64,000 nucleotides of DNA from an uncultured virus (IMG/VR IMGVR_UViG_3300037961_006532) (Duplodnaviria; Heunggongvirae; Uroviricota; Caudoviricetes), in IMG/VR virus record IMGVR_UViG_3300037961_006532, positions 1-64,000 of that record. One strand, given 5' to 3'. Position numbers and translations under genes: made by a program. The stretch's first letter is position 1, and each line of letters begins with the position of its first letter. The notes below the pieces were generated by a model. That model worked only from the letters and a program-made list of their open reading frames with translations. It made no database searches and was not told the DNA's origin. Below, one piece after another: positions 9,153 through 18,837 of the stretch.

Positions 9153-9762
9153 TAACGAAAAGAATATATATAACCTTTTTTTAGCAACTAATAAACGTAT
9201 TAATAATAAACCTTTTAAATATCGTAAAAACTTTGATAATTTTGAAGACGAAAAATACGTTTATATTAATCGTTTATCAAGCTTCTTTAAAAAATTTGAA
9301 CATATAAAAATTGAAGATTTTTTTGAAGCTCCGTATTTTGTATATGGTGAAAAATATTTCGATTTAAAATTTTATTGCACTCAAAAAGCTATAAAAACCT
9401 ATTCTTTATATCATGATAGGTTTCTTCTCAATAATCCTGATAGTGAACAAACTATAGAAAAAGTTAAATCAAGTTTAATTTTTATACAAGAATATTGTAA
9501 AGATAAAAATTTAAAATTAGAAGATTATATTACGTTTAAGGAACAAACATATAATATATTCTTAAAGCATTTGAAAGAAAGACGAATTAATTTTTTTATA
9601 TTATTTTGTTTTTCTTTTGAAAATGAGTTAAAAGGTATGGATAAAGAAACAAGATCAATGTTTAATGAAAATTTAAATAACATTAATTATCTTAGAACTA
9701 AACTCTATACTAGTAGTAAATGTAAAATAATAATAAATCATATAAAAAATAAGTTGAAATAA
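9145..9762 (+). CDS. Hypothetical protein (positional gp59 helicase-loader candidate)
   Basis: Basic, about 205 aa, directly upstream of the gp32 homologue as in T4; function inferred only from size and position. Confidence 0.4.
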   Translation: MNNNEKNIYNLFLATNKRINNKPFKYRKNFDNFEDEKYVYINRLSSFFKKFEHIKIEDFFEAPYFVYGEKYFDLKFYCTQKAIKTYSLYHDRFLLNNPDSEQTIEKVKSSLIFIQEYCKDKNLKLEDYITFKEQTYNIFLKHLKERRINFFILFCFSFENELKGMDKETRSMFNENLNNINYLRTKLYTSSKCKIIINHIKNKLK

Positions 9763-9781
9763 TAAAAGTGGAGTATATAAT
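9754..9781 (+). promoter_or_regulatory. Sigma70-like promoter, leaderless geometry
   Basis: TTGAAA-N16-TATAAT-N6-ATG 9788. Confidence 0.7.
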
Positions 9782-9787
9782 AGGCGT

Positions 9788-10648
9788 ATGAGTATAACGA
9801 GTTCAATGTTTGATAGTATTAAGTCCGCATTAGCGGCAGATGACAAAGGTAGTAAAAGTGGTTTTAGTGATATACTAAAAACCGAGCCGGGTAATACATA
9901 TACGGTTCGTTTATTACCTTTTGGTAAAGACCCGAAGAAAACGTTCTTTCATTATTATCAGCATGGTTGGAATAGTTTTGCAACTGGTCAATATACTAGT
10001 GCAATCTCTTTGCAAACTTTCGGTGAAAGAGATCCAATTGCTGAAGAAAGATATAAGATTTTACGTACTGGCTCTGATGAAGAGAAAGAAAAAGCTAAGG
10101 CTATTGTAAGATCTGAAAAATGGTTAGTTAACGTTTATGTTGTTAACGATCCGGTTAATCCTGAGAATAATGGTAAGATTAAAATCTTACGTTATGGTAA
10201 GCAGATTCATAATATTATTGTTGATGCAATTGAAGGTGAAGATTCTGCTGAGTTAGGTCCTCGTATTTTTGATCTAGGTCCGAATGGTGTTAACTTTAGA
10301 GTTAAAGTAGAAAAGCAAGGCGACTTTCCTACTTATGTATCGTCTAAGTTTGCTATGCCGAGTGCAATTGAAGGTTTAGATGAAGATGGTCATAAAGATG
10401 TTTATGATGGAGTTCATGATCTTTCTGAGATATTTGCTGTTAAAAGCTATGATGAGTTGAAAGATATGATGAATGAGCATTATCATTGTGGTGAAAATGT
10501 ATCAGCGGCTGCTGTTAGTACTCCTGCGCCGGCTGTAACTAATACTTTTGATACTGCAGAGACGACTGTTGTTGAAGAAAAGAAGGAAGAAAAGAAACAA
10601 GAAGAAGATGAAGTACTAAAAGATCTTCTTGATGGTATAGATATTTAA
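9788..10648 (+). CDS. Single-stranded DNA-binding protein (gp32-like)
   Basis: VRLLP, NVYVVNDPVNPENNGKIKILRYGKQI, IFDL..G.NF, YVSSKF, acidic tail. Confidence 0.85.
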   Translation: MSITSSMFDSIKSALAADDKGSKSGFSDILKTEPGNTYTVRLLPFGKDPKKTFFHYYQHGWNSFATGQYTSAISLQTFGERDPIAEERYKILRTGSDEEKEKAKAIVRSEKWLVNVYVVNDPVNPENNGKIKILRYGKQIHNIIVDAIEGEDSAELGPRIFDLGPNGVNFRVKVEKQGDFPTYVSSKFAMPSAIEGLDEDGHKDVYDGVHDLSEIFAVKSYDELKDMMNEHYHCGENVSAAAVSTPAPAVTNTFDTAETTVVEEKKEEKKQEEDEVLKDLLDGIDI

Positions 10649-10649
10649 T

Positions 10650-11180
10650 ATGGCTGATGATCAACCAGAAATGATACCTATGCCGGATCCGGTAGGCCCG
10701 GATCCAAGAGGGGCACCACCTGAAAGCTTTACAAGAGAAGTTACTCCTGAAGAAGAAGCTAACTTACTTTTAGGCATGATGGGGTCAACTTACGGAGAAC
10801 TCAAAAAACTGGACGGCTCTCAAGTCGGGGGGTCGTCCAGTCATCTTCGTAGTGATCAGATGAAGAAGACTATAACTGAAAGTATTAATCAGATTAGAAG
10901 ATCTGTTCCTCAACCTCCTCCCGCTCCGGTACCTCCTCCCGCTCCGGTACCTCCTCAACCGGTACCTCAGCCCCCTAAACCTGAAGTACCTATAGAGCAG
11001 CCTAATGATAATCAACTAACTTTTAATTTTGATATAAGTGAAAAAGATATTTTATTTGATAAAATAGAAAAACTTACAGTTAAGGTTAATAACTTAGGTC
11101 ATAAGTTAGACCAAATATTCGAAATAGTAAATAAACCTAAAACTGCAAAAAAAAAGACTGTTAAAAAAGAGGAAGTCTAA
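10650..11180 (+). CDS. Hypothetical proline-rich protein
   Basis: PPPAPV repeats, then a coiled-coil and a basic C-terminus. Confidence 0.6.
   Translation: MADDQPEMIPMPDPVGPDPRGAPPESFTREVTPEEEANLLLGMMGSTYGELKKLDGSQVGGSSSHLRSDQMKKTITESINQIRRSVPQPPPAPVPPPAPVPPQPVPQPPKPEVPIEQPNDNQLTFNFDISEKDILFDKIEKLTVKVNNLGHKLDQIFEIVNKPKTAKKKTVKKEEV
10914..10964 (+). repeat. 18-bp coding tandem repeat
   Basis: CCTCCTCCCGCTCCGGTA x2 plus a degenerate third copy. Confidence 0.8.
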
Positions 11181-11197
11181 TATAATAGATAGTATAT

Positions 11198-11935
11198 ATG
11201 GCTTATTTAAAATTAAAAAATAGAAAAGACTTCGTAAGTAATTTTTTATCCCCTGTATCTAATCTTAATGATCAATGTGTTATTAAATTAACGAGTGATA
11301 AACTTACTTGTATATTAGCTTCAAGTGATGCAACTATTGTTTGTAAAGCTGATATTGATATTGAATCAGATGTAACAGGTGAAGTAAATTTAAATATACC
11401 TGATATTAAAAAGTTTGTTAGAGTTCTAGAAATATTATCTGATGAAAATATTGAATTAAAACTTAATAATAATAACTTATCTTTTAATAATGGCGATTAT
11501 AAATTTAAGTATCATTTATTAGATGATGGTATTGTAAAGCAACCTGCTATTAATATAGAAAAGGTAAATAGTTTAGATTTCGATACTGAATTCGATGTTA
11601 AAGAATCTAACTTTACTACATTATTTAAAGGTAGTTCATTTGCATCTGAAACTTCTAAATTATATTTTTATGAAGAAGATGGTAAAATTTTTGGTGAGTT
11701 AGGTGATAAGACTCGTCATAATACTGATAATTTTGTTTGTAGTATAGCGAATGAGTATGAAGGGAATGCATTACCTAAAGCTTTACCTGTTAATTTTGAA
11801 TCGTTTAGATTATTAAGCTTTGCGTATAGTAATAAAATACATTTTAAAATTAATACTAAAATGGGTGTAATTACTTGTTCGTTTAAAAAAGGTAATGTTG
11901 ATTTGATTTATGTTATTTCAGCCTTAATTAATTAA
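11198..11935 (+). CDS. Sliding clamp (gp45-like)
   Basis: 245 aa, two beta-rich halves, IPDIKKF motif, C-terminal LIYVISAL; replication context. Confidence 0.65.
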   Translation: MAYLKLKNRKDFVSNFLSPVSNLNDQCVIKLTSDKLTCILASSDATIVCKADIDIESDVTGEVNLNIPDIKKFVRVLEILSDENIELKLNNNNLSFNNGDYKFKYHLLDDGIVKQPAINIEKVNSLDFDTEFDVKESNFTTLFKGSSFASETSKLYFYEEDGKIFGELGDKTRHNTDNFVCSIANEYEGNALPKALPVNFESFRLLSFAYSNKIHFKINTKMGVITCSFKKGNVDLIYVISALIN

Positions 11936-11936
11936 T

Positions 11937-12302
11937 ATGGTAGATAAAAAAGGTAAATTAAGAGCGAAACCTGTTAGTAATAAATTAAAAACTGCAGGTT
12001 ATTTTATTAAACGTTTGAAGGATAACGGTTTTGTAGTACTAAAAATGTTTAATGCCTATTCTGAAGCAGATCCAAGAAGATGGACGGTATTAGTAGATCC
12101 TGGATTAACATCAGTATATATTACTTGTTTACATAATAAAGAAGATTTTGATGAATTCATGTTCGAGTTTAGTGACGGTGGTAATAATTTTCATCATGGA
12201 TTTTATCTAAAAACTGATAGTATAGAGGTAGTTATTAATGAACTTTTAGCTAAAGGAATTAATAATGATCCAAGCTTAAGTCCCTTTAATCTTAATAAAT
12301 AA
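11937..12302 (+). CDS. Hypothetical protein
   Basis: ORF in operon. Confidence 0.55.
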   Translation: MVDKKGKLRAKPVSNKLKTAGYFIKRLKDNGFVVLKMFNAYSEADPRRWTVLVDPGLTSVYITCLHNKEDFDEFMFEFSDGGNNFHHGFYLKTDSIEVVINELLAKGINNDPSLSPFNLNK

Positions 12303-12306
12303 TTAT

Positions 12307-12678
12307 ATGGCAGAAGAAGACCATAACGAATCTGATGGTCTAGAACCATTAGATAATCAATCACCATCCTTATCAGCATCAGATACAGAAGAAAAATATA
12401 TGTCTGATGATGATTTAGAAGCACTAATTAAAGAATCATTAAAGCATTCATTAAAAATTAAAAATATTATTCCTAAAAAAAGAGATCAAATAGAAAGAAT
12501 AATTAAGTCTAACTTGTCTGAATTTATGAATAGTTATTTAATTTTAGGTTATGATGTAAATAATAGACAAATTGAACCTATTATGTTTGCAAAAGATGAT
12601 ATGTCAGAAGATGCTTTAGGTATGTATATACAAAGTTATTTTGTTGCTATGATGCGTGGTGATGATAAAAGAAGATAA
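12307..12678 (+). CDS. Hypothetical protein (late-motif start)
   Basis: TAAATA-N5-ATG. Confidence 0.55.
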   Translation: MAEEDHNESDGLEPLDNQSPSLSASDTEEKYMSDDDLEALIKESLKHSLKIKNIIPKKRDQIERIIKSNLSEFMNSYLILGYDVNNRQIEPIMFAKDDMSEDALGMYIQSYFVAMMRGDDKRR

Positions 12679-12679
12679 C

Positions 12680-12707
12680 TTGATTTTTTTCGTTTATAAG
12701 TTAAAAT
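12680..12707 (+). promoter_or_regulatory. Sigma70-like promoter of the sugar cluster
   Basis: TTGATT-N16-TAAAAT-N6-ATG 12714. Confidence 0.6.
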
Positions 12708-12713
12708 ATATAT

Positions 12714-13616
12714 ATGAACGTTTTAATTCTTGGTAAAGGTTATATTGGGTTTGGATTGCATGATCTATTCAATAATAAACGAGATGATGTAAATACCTTT
12801 TTTGTACGAAAAAGCCCTGATAACGATCCATCAGCATTATTACAATACGATGATGAAGAAACTCTCTATAATTATTGTCTATCAATGGAAATTGATACTT
12901 TAATTAATTGTAGTGGTTATACTGGTAGTCCTAATGTAGATGGTTGTGAAGATAATAAAGAAGCATGCTTTGAAGCAAACGTTAAATTACCTGTAATGAT
13001 TGAAAGAGTGTGTAAAAGTTTAGATATTGACTTTATACATATGAGTTCAGGTTGTATATACGATGGTTATGATAAAGTATATACAGAAGATGATACCCCT
13101 GATTTCGGTATTTTTGATAGCCATTCAAGTTTTTATAGTAAAACAAAACATATGGCTGAAATGATGCTTGATAAAGACTTTACTTGTATAGTTAGATTAA
13201 GAATGCCAATGGATAGATATTATTGCAAATCTACGAATAAAAATATTCTTAAAAAGCTTATGAATTATGATAACTTAGTAGATTTTGCTAATAGTAAAAC
13301 TGATAGATTTAGACTTTGTGAGTTTATTGATACTATTAGATTAAACTTTAAAGCTGGTATTTATAATGCAGTTCATAGTAATGCTTTAACTACAAGAGAA
13401 GTGGTAAAAATTTTAAAAGAGTACGATTTAATAAATGAAAATTGGAAATTTGTACCTTATGATTCATTACCTTTAAAGTGCAATCGAAGTAATTGTGTAT
13501 TATCGAACGAAAAAGCTAAAGAAGATTTTGACTTCGATTGGGGTGATGAAGAACATTATTTAAGAATTAACGCATCATTAATGCAAAAAGAAAAACAATG
13601 GCAGACAGAGAAATAG
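12714..13616 (+). CDS. NDP-4-keto-6-deoxyglucose epimerase/reductase (RmlD/NRS-ER-like)
   Basis: GKGYIG, GYTGSPNVDGCE, SSGCIY, SFYSKTK (YxxxK), RLRMP. Confidence 0.8.
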   Translation: MNVLILGKGYIGFGLHDLFNNKRDDVNTFFVRKSPDNDPSALLQYDDEETLYNYCLSMEIDTLINCSGYTGSPNVDGCEDNKEACFEANVKLPVMIERVCKSLDIDFIHMSSGCIYDGYDKVYTEDDTPDFGIFDSHSSFYSKTKHMAEMMLDKDFTCIVRLRMPMDRYYCKSTNKNILKKLMNYDNLVDFANSKTDRFRLCEFIDTIRLNFKAGIYNAVHSNALTTREVVKILKEYDLINENWKFVPYDSLPLKCNRSNCVLSNEKAKEDFDFDWGDEEHYLRINASLMQKEKQWQTEK

Positions 13617-14035
13617 TAGGATTTACAGCTGGTAATTTTGATTTACTCCATCCAGGGTATATATACACGTTTGAAGAAGCTAAAAGACATTGCGATAAGT
13701 TTATAGTCTTCTTACAAAAAGATCCATCAGCTACAAGGTATACAAAATATAAACCTGTTATACCTTATTATGAACGGTATAAAACTTTAATGGCTATACA
13801 ATATATTGATGAAGTATATATGTATCAAACTGAAGAAGAATTATTAAAACTTATAAAGTTTTTTAAACCTGATATAAGAATATTAGGTGAAGATTATATT
13901 GGCAAACCTTTTACTGGTGATAATTTAGATATAAAAGTAATTTATACTACTCGTTCACATGAGTGGTCAACTACAAGAATTAAAGATCTTATTACTAAAC
14001 AAACAATTAAGCAAAATCCTAGTATTGCTTTATGA
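13598..14035 (+). CDS. Cytidylyltransferase-like protein (TagD-like)
   Basis: AGNFDLLHPGY, ERYKTL, GEDY, RSHEWSTT. Confidence 0.8.
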   Translation: MADREIVGFTAGNFDLLHPGYIYTFEEAKRHCDKFIVFLQKDPSATRYTKYKPVIPYYERYKTLMAIQYIDEVYMYQTEEELLKLIKFFKPDIRILGEDYIGKPFTGDNLDIKVIYTTRSHEWSTTRIKDLITKQTIKQNPSIAL

Positions 14036-14925
14036 GTAAAAAAGTTATAGTAACAGGTGGTGCAGGTTTTGTAGGTACCAATCTTATAAAAGCACTTAAT
14101 AAAAAAGGCTATAAATGTATTTCTTTAGATAATTATTCTACCGGTAGTAAAAAAAATCATATAGAAGGTAATTTGTATATCAATACTGATATATCTAAAG
14201 AATATGATCAATATTTACATGGCAGTCAAAATGAAATTTTAAAAGATAATAAAGTTTATGATGATGTCATAGCTATTTTTCATTTAGCTGCTTATGCTAG
14301 GATACAACCATCTTTTAAACGAACCGGTGAATATTTTAATAACAATATCGGTGGTATGGTAAAAATATTAGAAGTAGCAAAAGAAAAAAATATTCCAGTT
14401 ATTTACTCAGGCTCATCATCTCATCATAGCGGTAAATATAAAAATCCATATACCTTTTCTAAAGAAGTAGGGGAAGAATTAATTAAATTATATCAAGATT
14501 TATATGATATTAAAGCAAGTGTAGCACGTTTTTATAATGTTTACGGACCTTATCAATTAGAAGATGGACCATATTGTACAGTTATAGGTAAATGGTTAAG
14601 ACAGAAACGAAACAAAGAAAAAATAACTATATACGGTGATGGTAGTAAAAGAAGAGATTTTACTCATGTCGGTGATATTGTAGATGGATTAATAAAAATT
14701 TTAGAATATAATATATGGGGTAAGACGTTTGAGTTTGGAACTGGAATAAATTATAGTTTAAATGAACTTGCAGCATTAATTGATAATAAAGTTGGAGTAA
14801 AATATGAAGATGATAAACCTGGGGAGGCGCAAAGTACTAAATGCGATTACTTTCTAGCAACAGACCTATTGAATTGGAAACCGAAGATAAAATTGGAATC
14901 ATGGATAAAAGAAGAAAAATCTTAG
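14032..14925 (+). CDS. NAD-dependent sugar epimerase/dehydratase
   Basis: TGGAGFVG, FHLAA, PYTFSK, RFYNVYGP, GDGSKRRDFTHV. Confidence 0.9.
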   Translation: MSKKVIVTGGAGFVGTNLIKALNKKGYKCISLDNYSTGSKKNHIEGNLYINTDISKEYDQYLHGSQNEILKDNKVYDDVIAIFHLAAYARIQPSFKRTGEYFNNNIGGMVKILEVAKEKNIPVIYSGSSSHHSGKYKNPYTFSKEVGEELIKLYQDLYDIKASVARFYNVYGPYQLEDGPYCTVIGKWLRQKRNKEKITIYGDGSKRRDFTHVGDIVDGLIKILEYNIWGKTFEFGTGINYSLNELAALIDNKVGVKYEDDKPGEAQSTKCDYFLATDLLNWKPKIKLESWIKEEKS

Positions 14926-15875
14926 TTACTGGAGGTTATGGCTTTATTGGTGGTAACTTTATTAGATTTCTAAGAGATAATTTTCCGGAATGTTATATTG
15001 TTAATATTGATAAAGATGGTTATGCATCTAATAAAGATTATATAAAAGATCTATGTAATGAAGATATAAAGTTAAATTTAAAAGATTCATTATACTTAGA
15101 AAATGTATTTTTAAAACATACCGTTGATTCATCTGATTCATTTGATTATATTTTTCATTTTGCTGCTGAATCTCATGTCGATAATAGCATATCAGGACCC
15201 ACTGAATTTGTTGAATCTAATGTTTTAGGAACACAAAATCTTTTAGAATGTTATAGAAGAATATCTCCTAGTGCAAGATTTATACATATTTCTACAGATG
15301 AAGTATATGGTCATTTAGGTTGGAATGATGCTCCGTTTACAGAAGAAACACCTTTAGCTCCTAGATCCCCATATTCTGCAAGTAAAGCATCATCAGATTT
15401 ATTATGTTTATCTTATATTGAAACTTATGGCTTAGATATTACAGTTACAAGATGTTGTAATAATTTTGGACCTAATCAATATAAAGAAAAATTTATACCA
15501 ACTATTATAAATGCACTTAAAGATGGTAAAAAAATACCAGTGTACGGTGAAGGAGCTAATATTAGAGAATGGATACATGTTCATGACCATACATTAGCAG
15601 TTTGGTCCATTGCAACTAACGGTAAACCTGGTGTGTATAATATAGGTTCAGGTATTGAAATGACTAATTTAGAATTAGTCGATATTCTTTGTAAAATCTT
15701 TGAAAAAGATATGGATCATTGCGTTAAATTTGTAAGAGATAGACCTGGGCATGATTTTAGATATGCTATTGATAATAGTAAACTTAGAAAAGAATTATGT
15801 TGGGATCCACTTTATAATGATATAGAAAAAGAATTAAGAGAATATGTGGAGTACTTTTTAAACAATGGTAGATAA
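14901..15875 (+). CDS. rmlB: dTDP-glucose 4,6-dehydratase
   Basis: TGGYGFIG, FAAESHVDNSI, ISTDEVYG, SPYSASKAS, NNFGP, REWIHV, DRPGHDFRY. Confidence 0.9.
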   Translation: MDKRRKILVTGGYGFIGGNFIRFLRDNFPECYIVNIDKDGYASNKDYIKDLCNEDIKLNLKDSLYLENVFLKHTVDSSDSFDYIFHFAAESHVDNSISGPTEFVESNVLGTQNLLECYRRISPSARFIHISTDEVYGHLGWNDAPFTEETPLAPRSPYSASKASSDLLCLSYIETYGLDITVTRCCNNFGPNQYKEKFIPTIINALKDGKKIPVYGEGANIREWIHVHDHTLAVWSIATNGKPGVYNIGSGIEMTNLELVDILCKIFEKDMDHCVKFVRDRPGHDFRYAIDNSKLRKELCWDPLYNDIEKELREYVEYFLNNGR

Positions 15876-16119
15876 AGTTGGTAATTTATATGCAGTACAT
15901 CACGGTGATTATGCTGGTCAGATGTTTGCTTTAGTAGAGAAAGAGGAACAGTCATATAATTTTCTTAGAATGCCCGATATGAAAAATATCGAAGTATCTA
16001 ATAAAGATTTTGATGATGGTACAGAAAAAGAAATTATTAGATTTGTTGAAGAGCTACCTGATGATGTCTTTGAAGTAATAAAAGCACAATATATAAAAAA
16101 TGAAAATATTAACGATTGA
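15865..16119 (+). CDS. Hypothetical protein
   Basis: Coupled ORF. Confidence 0.5.
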   Translation: MVDKVGNLYAVHHGDYAGQMFALVEKEEQSYNFLRMPDMKNIEVSNKDFDDGTEKEIIRFVEELPDDVFEVIKAQYIKNENIND

Positions 16120-16996
16120 TGGAAATAATTTAGTACACCGAGTATATTGGGTAGCTAATAATATGGGATATAAGACTGAATATTTCCATGTTTATATGTT
16201 TTTAAATTCAGTTAAAAGCTACGTTGAATTATATAAGCCTGATAAGACTATTATGGTTTGGGACGAAAAACCTGATTATAAACCTAATAAAAGAAAAGAA
16301 CTTCTGGAAGAGTATAAAGGTAATCGTGATAAAGACTATAATCAAGAAGTTCACGCTGCGAATGAGGTTATAAAAGAGATGTTATCAGACATTGGTATCC
16401 CTTCGATATTTCCTAGAGAATATGAAGCAGACGACGTTATACATATTATTAACAACCATATGGAGAACGTAAGCAAAGTTAATTTCTATAAGGATAAACA
16501 ACCTTTCTCGCACGTTATAGTTACTGTTGATAGAGATCTATGTCAATTAATTAAAACTACTAAACTTAGAAAAGTAGTGGTATATGATCCTATCAGGAAA
16601 TATGAAATAAATGAAGAAAATTTTGAAGAAAAATTAAAATACAAAAAAGAAGATTTCATAAAAGTAAAAGCTCTTCAAGGAGATAAAAGTGATAATATAC
16701 CAGGTATCAAAGGTATGGGTAAAGTTAAAACGCAAAAATATCTTGACGGTGAAATTGAACTTACTGAGGATGAAAAACTTATATTTGAAAAAAATCTTAA
16801 ATTAGTTACATTAACTGATGATAAAGATGAAGTTAAGTATGTTAAGGAACAACTAGCAGAATGTTCTTTTGATACTAATTTTGATAATTTTAAAGCAAAT
16901 TGTGAAAAGTATAAATTTGCTCAAATTTTAAAAAGCGAAAAGAAGTGGTATAATACATTTTTTCAAGACAATAAACTATTAGATCTACTATCATGA
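16100..16996 (+). CDS. 5'-3' exonuclease / T4 RNase H-like flap nuclease
   Basis: IDGNNL, YKGNR, EADDVI, TVDRDL, GDKSDNIPGIKGMG. Confidence 0.9.
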   Translation: MKILTIDGNNLVHRVYWVANNMGYKTEYFHVYMFLNSVKSYVELYKPDKTIMVWDEKPDYKPNKRKELLEEYKGNRDKDYNQEVHAANEVIKEMLSDIGIPSIFPREYEADDVIHIINNHMENVSKVNFYKDKQPFSHVIVTVDRDLCQLIKTTKLRKVVVYDPIRKYEINEENFEEKLKYKKEDFIKVKALQGDKSDNIPGIKGMGKVKTQKYLDGEIELTEDEKLIFEKNLKLVTLTDDKDEVKYVKEQLAECSFDTNFDNFKANCEKYKFAQILKSEKKWYNTFFQDNKLLDLLS

Positions 16997-17502
16997 ATGA
17001 ATATTTAAAGTTATTCAAACCTATTGAAGATAAAATACCAGTTATCAAAAGAGAACTTAATAAAGTTATAAATGATATGGTATCGTGTAAAGATGTTTAT
17101 GATTGGGGAGATTTTGCTCCTGATGGTTGGACAGCTTTTCCAATCTTTAGCTACCCCGATGGAAATGAAATAGAAGGAATAACTGAAAAGGTACCTTTAA
17201 CAGCACGTATAATTAAACACGCAATACCTAATCATGGTACAGTAGCATTATCTAGATTATTAGGTGATAGTTATATTAAACCACATTGCGGATTTCAAGG
17301 AGATTTTTTAAGATATCATTTGGGTATAAAAGTTCCTAAAGGTGATTTAGGATTGAGAGTAATAGAAGAAGATAAAATTTATAGGTGGGAAGAAGGTAAA
17401 TCTTTTATATTTGATGATAGAAAAGAACATGAAGCTTGGAATTATTCAGATGAAGAACGAATTGTGTTAATTATAGATTTTATACCACCTGGTATTAAAT
17501 AA
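16993..17502 (+). CDS. Aspartyl/asparaginyl beta-hydroxylase-domain 2OG-Fe(II) oxygenase
   Basis: IKPHCG, LRYHLG, WEEGKSFIFDD..HEAWN, RIVLIIDF. Confidence 0.8.
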   Translation: MNEYLKLFKPIEDKIPVIKRELNKVINDMVSCKDVYDWGDFAPDGWTAFPIFSYPDGNEIEGITEKVPLTARIIKHAIPNHGTVALSRLLGDSYIKPHCGFQGDFLRYHLGIKVPKGDLGLRVIEEDKIYRWEEGKSFIFDDRKEHEAWNYSDEERIVLIIDFIPPGIK

Positions 17503-17506
17503 TTAT

Positions 17507-17761
17507 ATGAGTGAATATAATCCAAACGATTTTGTTAATCCACAACAAATAAGATCACCTTATACTGGTGAAACTGTAAGACCTACTTATAATAGTTACG
17601 ACCACCAAGGTAAAACTTACGAACAAGCAGTTTTTTCTGACCCAGTAACAGGGCATCAAATTAAAAAAGGTTTAGTGAGTATAAAAGATAAAGACGGTAA
17701 TGTTATTGTTGATTACACTTCAATATTAGGTCAGAGCGTTACTACTCAAAGCAGACGATAA
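17507..17761 (+). CDS. Small late protein, degenerate Zn-ribbon-like
   Basis: TAAATA-N5-ATG; SPYTG and DPVTG knuckles. Confidence 0.5.
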   Translation: MSEYNPNDFVNPQQIRSPYTGETVRPTYNSYDHQGKTYEQAVFSDPVTGHQIKKGLVSIKDKDGNVIVDYTSILGQSVTTQSRR

Positions 17762-17762
17762 C

Positions 17763-17790
17763 TTGATATTTTTCTTTTTTATACTATAAT
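17763..17790 (+). promoter_or_regulatory. Sigma70-like promoter, leaderless geometry
   Basis: TTGATA-N16-TATAAT-N6-ATG 17797. Confidence 0.7.
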
Positions 17791-17796
17791 CAATAT

Positions 17797-18837
17797 ATGG
17801 TTGTAGTTCCTGAGCAATATGTAATAAACGTTCTATATGAGAACATTTATAAAATATCTTATAATAAGTACAATCATACCTTTAACGGTTGTTGTCCTAT
17901 TTGTAAAGAAGGAGATTCTTGGGGTAAGAAGAAACGATTCTATTATATCCCTAAAAAAGAATTAGCATATTGTCATAACTGCGGTTATAGTAAAAAACCT
18001 TTAACTTTTATATCTGATGTAACTAATAAACCTTTACAGGATATTATTAGTGAGATTAAAAACTTTGATGTTGAAATTGATACTTTTATAAAAGATAATG
18101 AACAAAAGGAAGTAAAGGTTAAAAATGATGTATCGTTACCCGATGATTGTATAAATCTATTTGACCCTGTACAAGTTGATTATTATAAAGATAATGCAAT
18201 TGTTAAGTTAGCTTTAGATGTAATAAAAAGTAGGAGGTTAAATAAAGGTATTAATAAACCTGATGCATTATATGTAACTTTACAAGATAAGGTGCATAAA
18301 AACCGTTTAATATTACCTTTCTATGATAAGGACCGAAAGATAATATTTTATCAATCTAGAGGTTTAACTAAGAAAGATTTATTTGAAAGACCAAAATATT
18401 TATCTAAAGTAAACTCTGAAAGAAGTTTATACGGTATTCATAATATTGATGTAAACTTAGATAATGTTTTTATCTTTGAAGGACCTATAGATAGTTATTT
18501 TGTAAGTAATGGTATTGCAACTTGTGGTATAACTGAAAATACTGATAAGATGTTTACTGCATTGCAGAAAGAACAAATTAATTTTCTAAGCTTATATAAG
18601 TTAGTGTATGTATTAGATAATCAATACATAGATAAAGCTGCATTAAATAAAAGTCTTATATTAGCAGATAAAGGTGAGTCAGTATTTGTGTGGCCTGAAG
18701 AACTTAAAAAATTTAAAGACTTTAATGATATATGTGTATTGGGTAAAAAAGATAAAATAAAACCCGAGTTTATATTAAAAAATACATACTCAGGTTTAAA
18801 TGCTAAATTAAGATTAACTAAAATTAAAAATAGTTAA
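17797..18837 (+). CDS. DNA primase (gp61-like)
   Basis: Zn finger CPIC..CHNC, RLILPF, KYL, TOPRIM EGPIDS, LDN, KDFND. Confidence 0.9.
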   Translation: MVVVPEQYVINVLYENIYKISYNKYNHTFNGCCPICKEGDSWGKKKRFYYIPKKELAYCHNCGYSKKPLTFISDVTNKPLQDIISEIKNFDVEIDTFIKDNEQKEVKVKNDVSLPDDCINLFDPVQVDYYKDNAIVKLALDVIKSRRLNKGINKPDALYVTLQDKVHKNRLILPFYDKDRKIIFYQSRGLTKKDLFERPKYLSKVNSERSLYGIHNIDVNLDNVFIFEGPIDSYFVSNGIATCGITENTDKMFTALQKEQINFLSLYKLVYVLDNQYIDKAALNKSLILADKGESVFVWPEELKKFKDFNDICVLGKKDKIKPEFILKNTYSGLNAKLRLTKIKNS

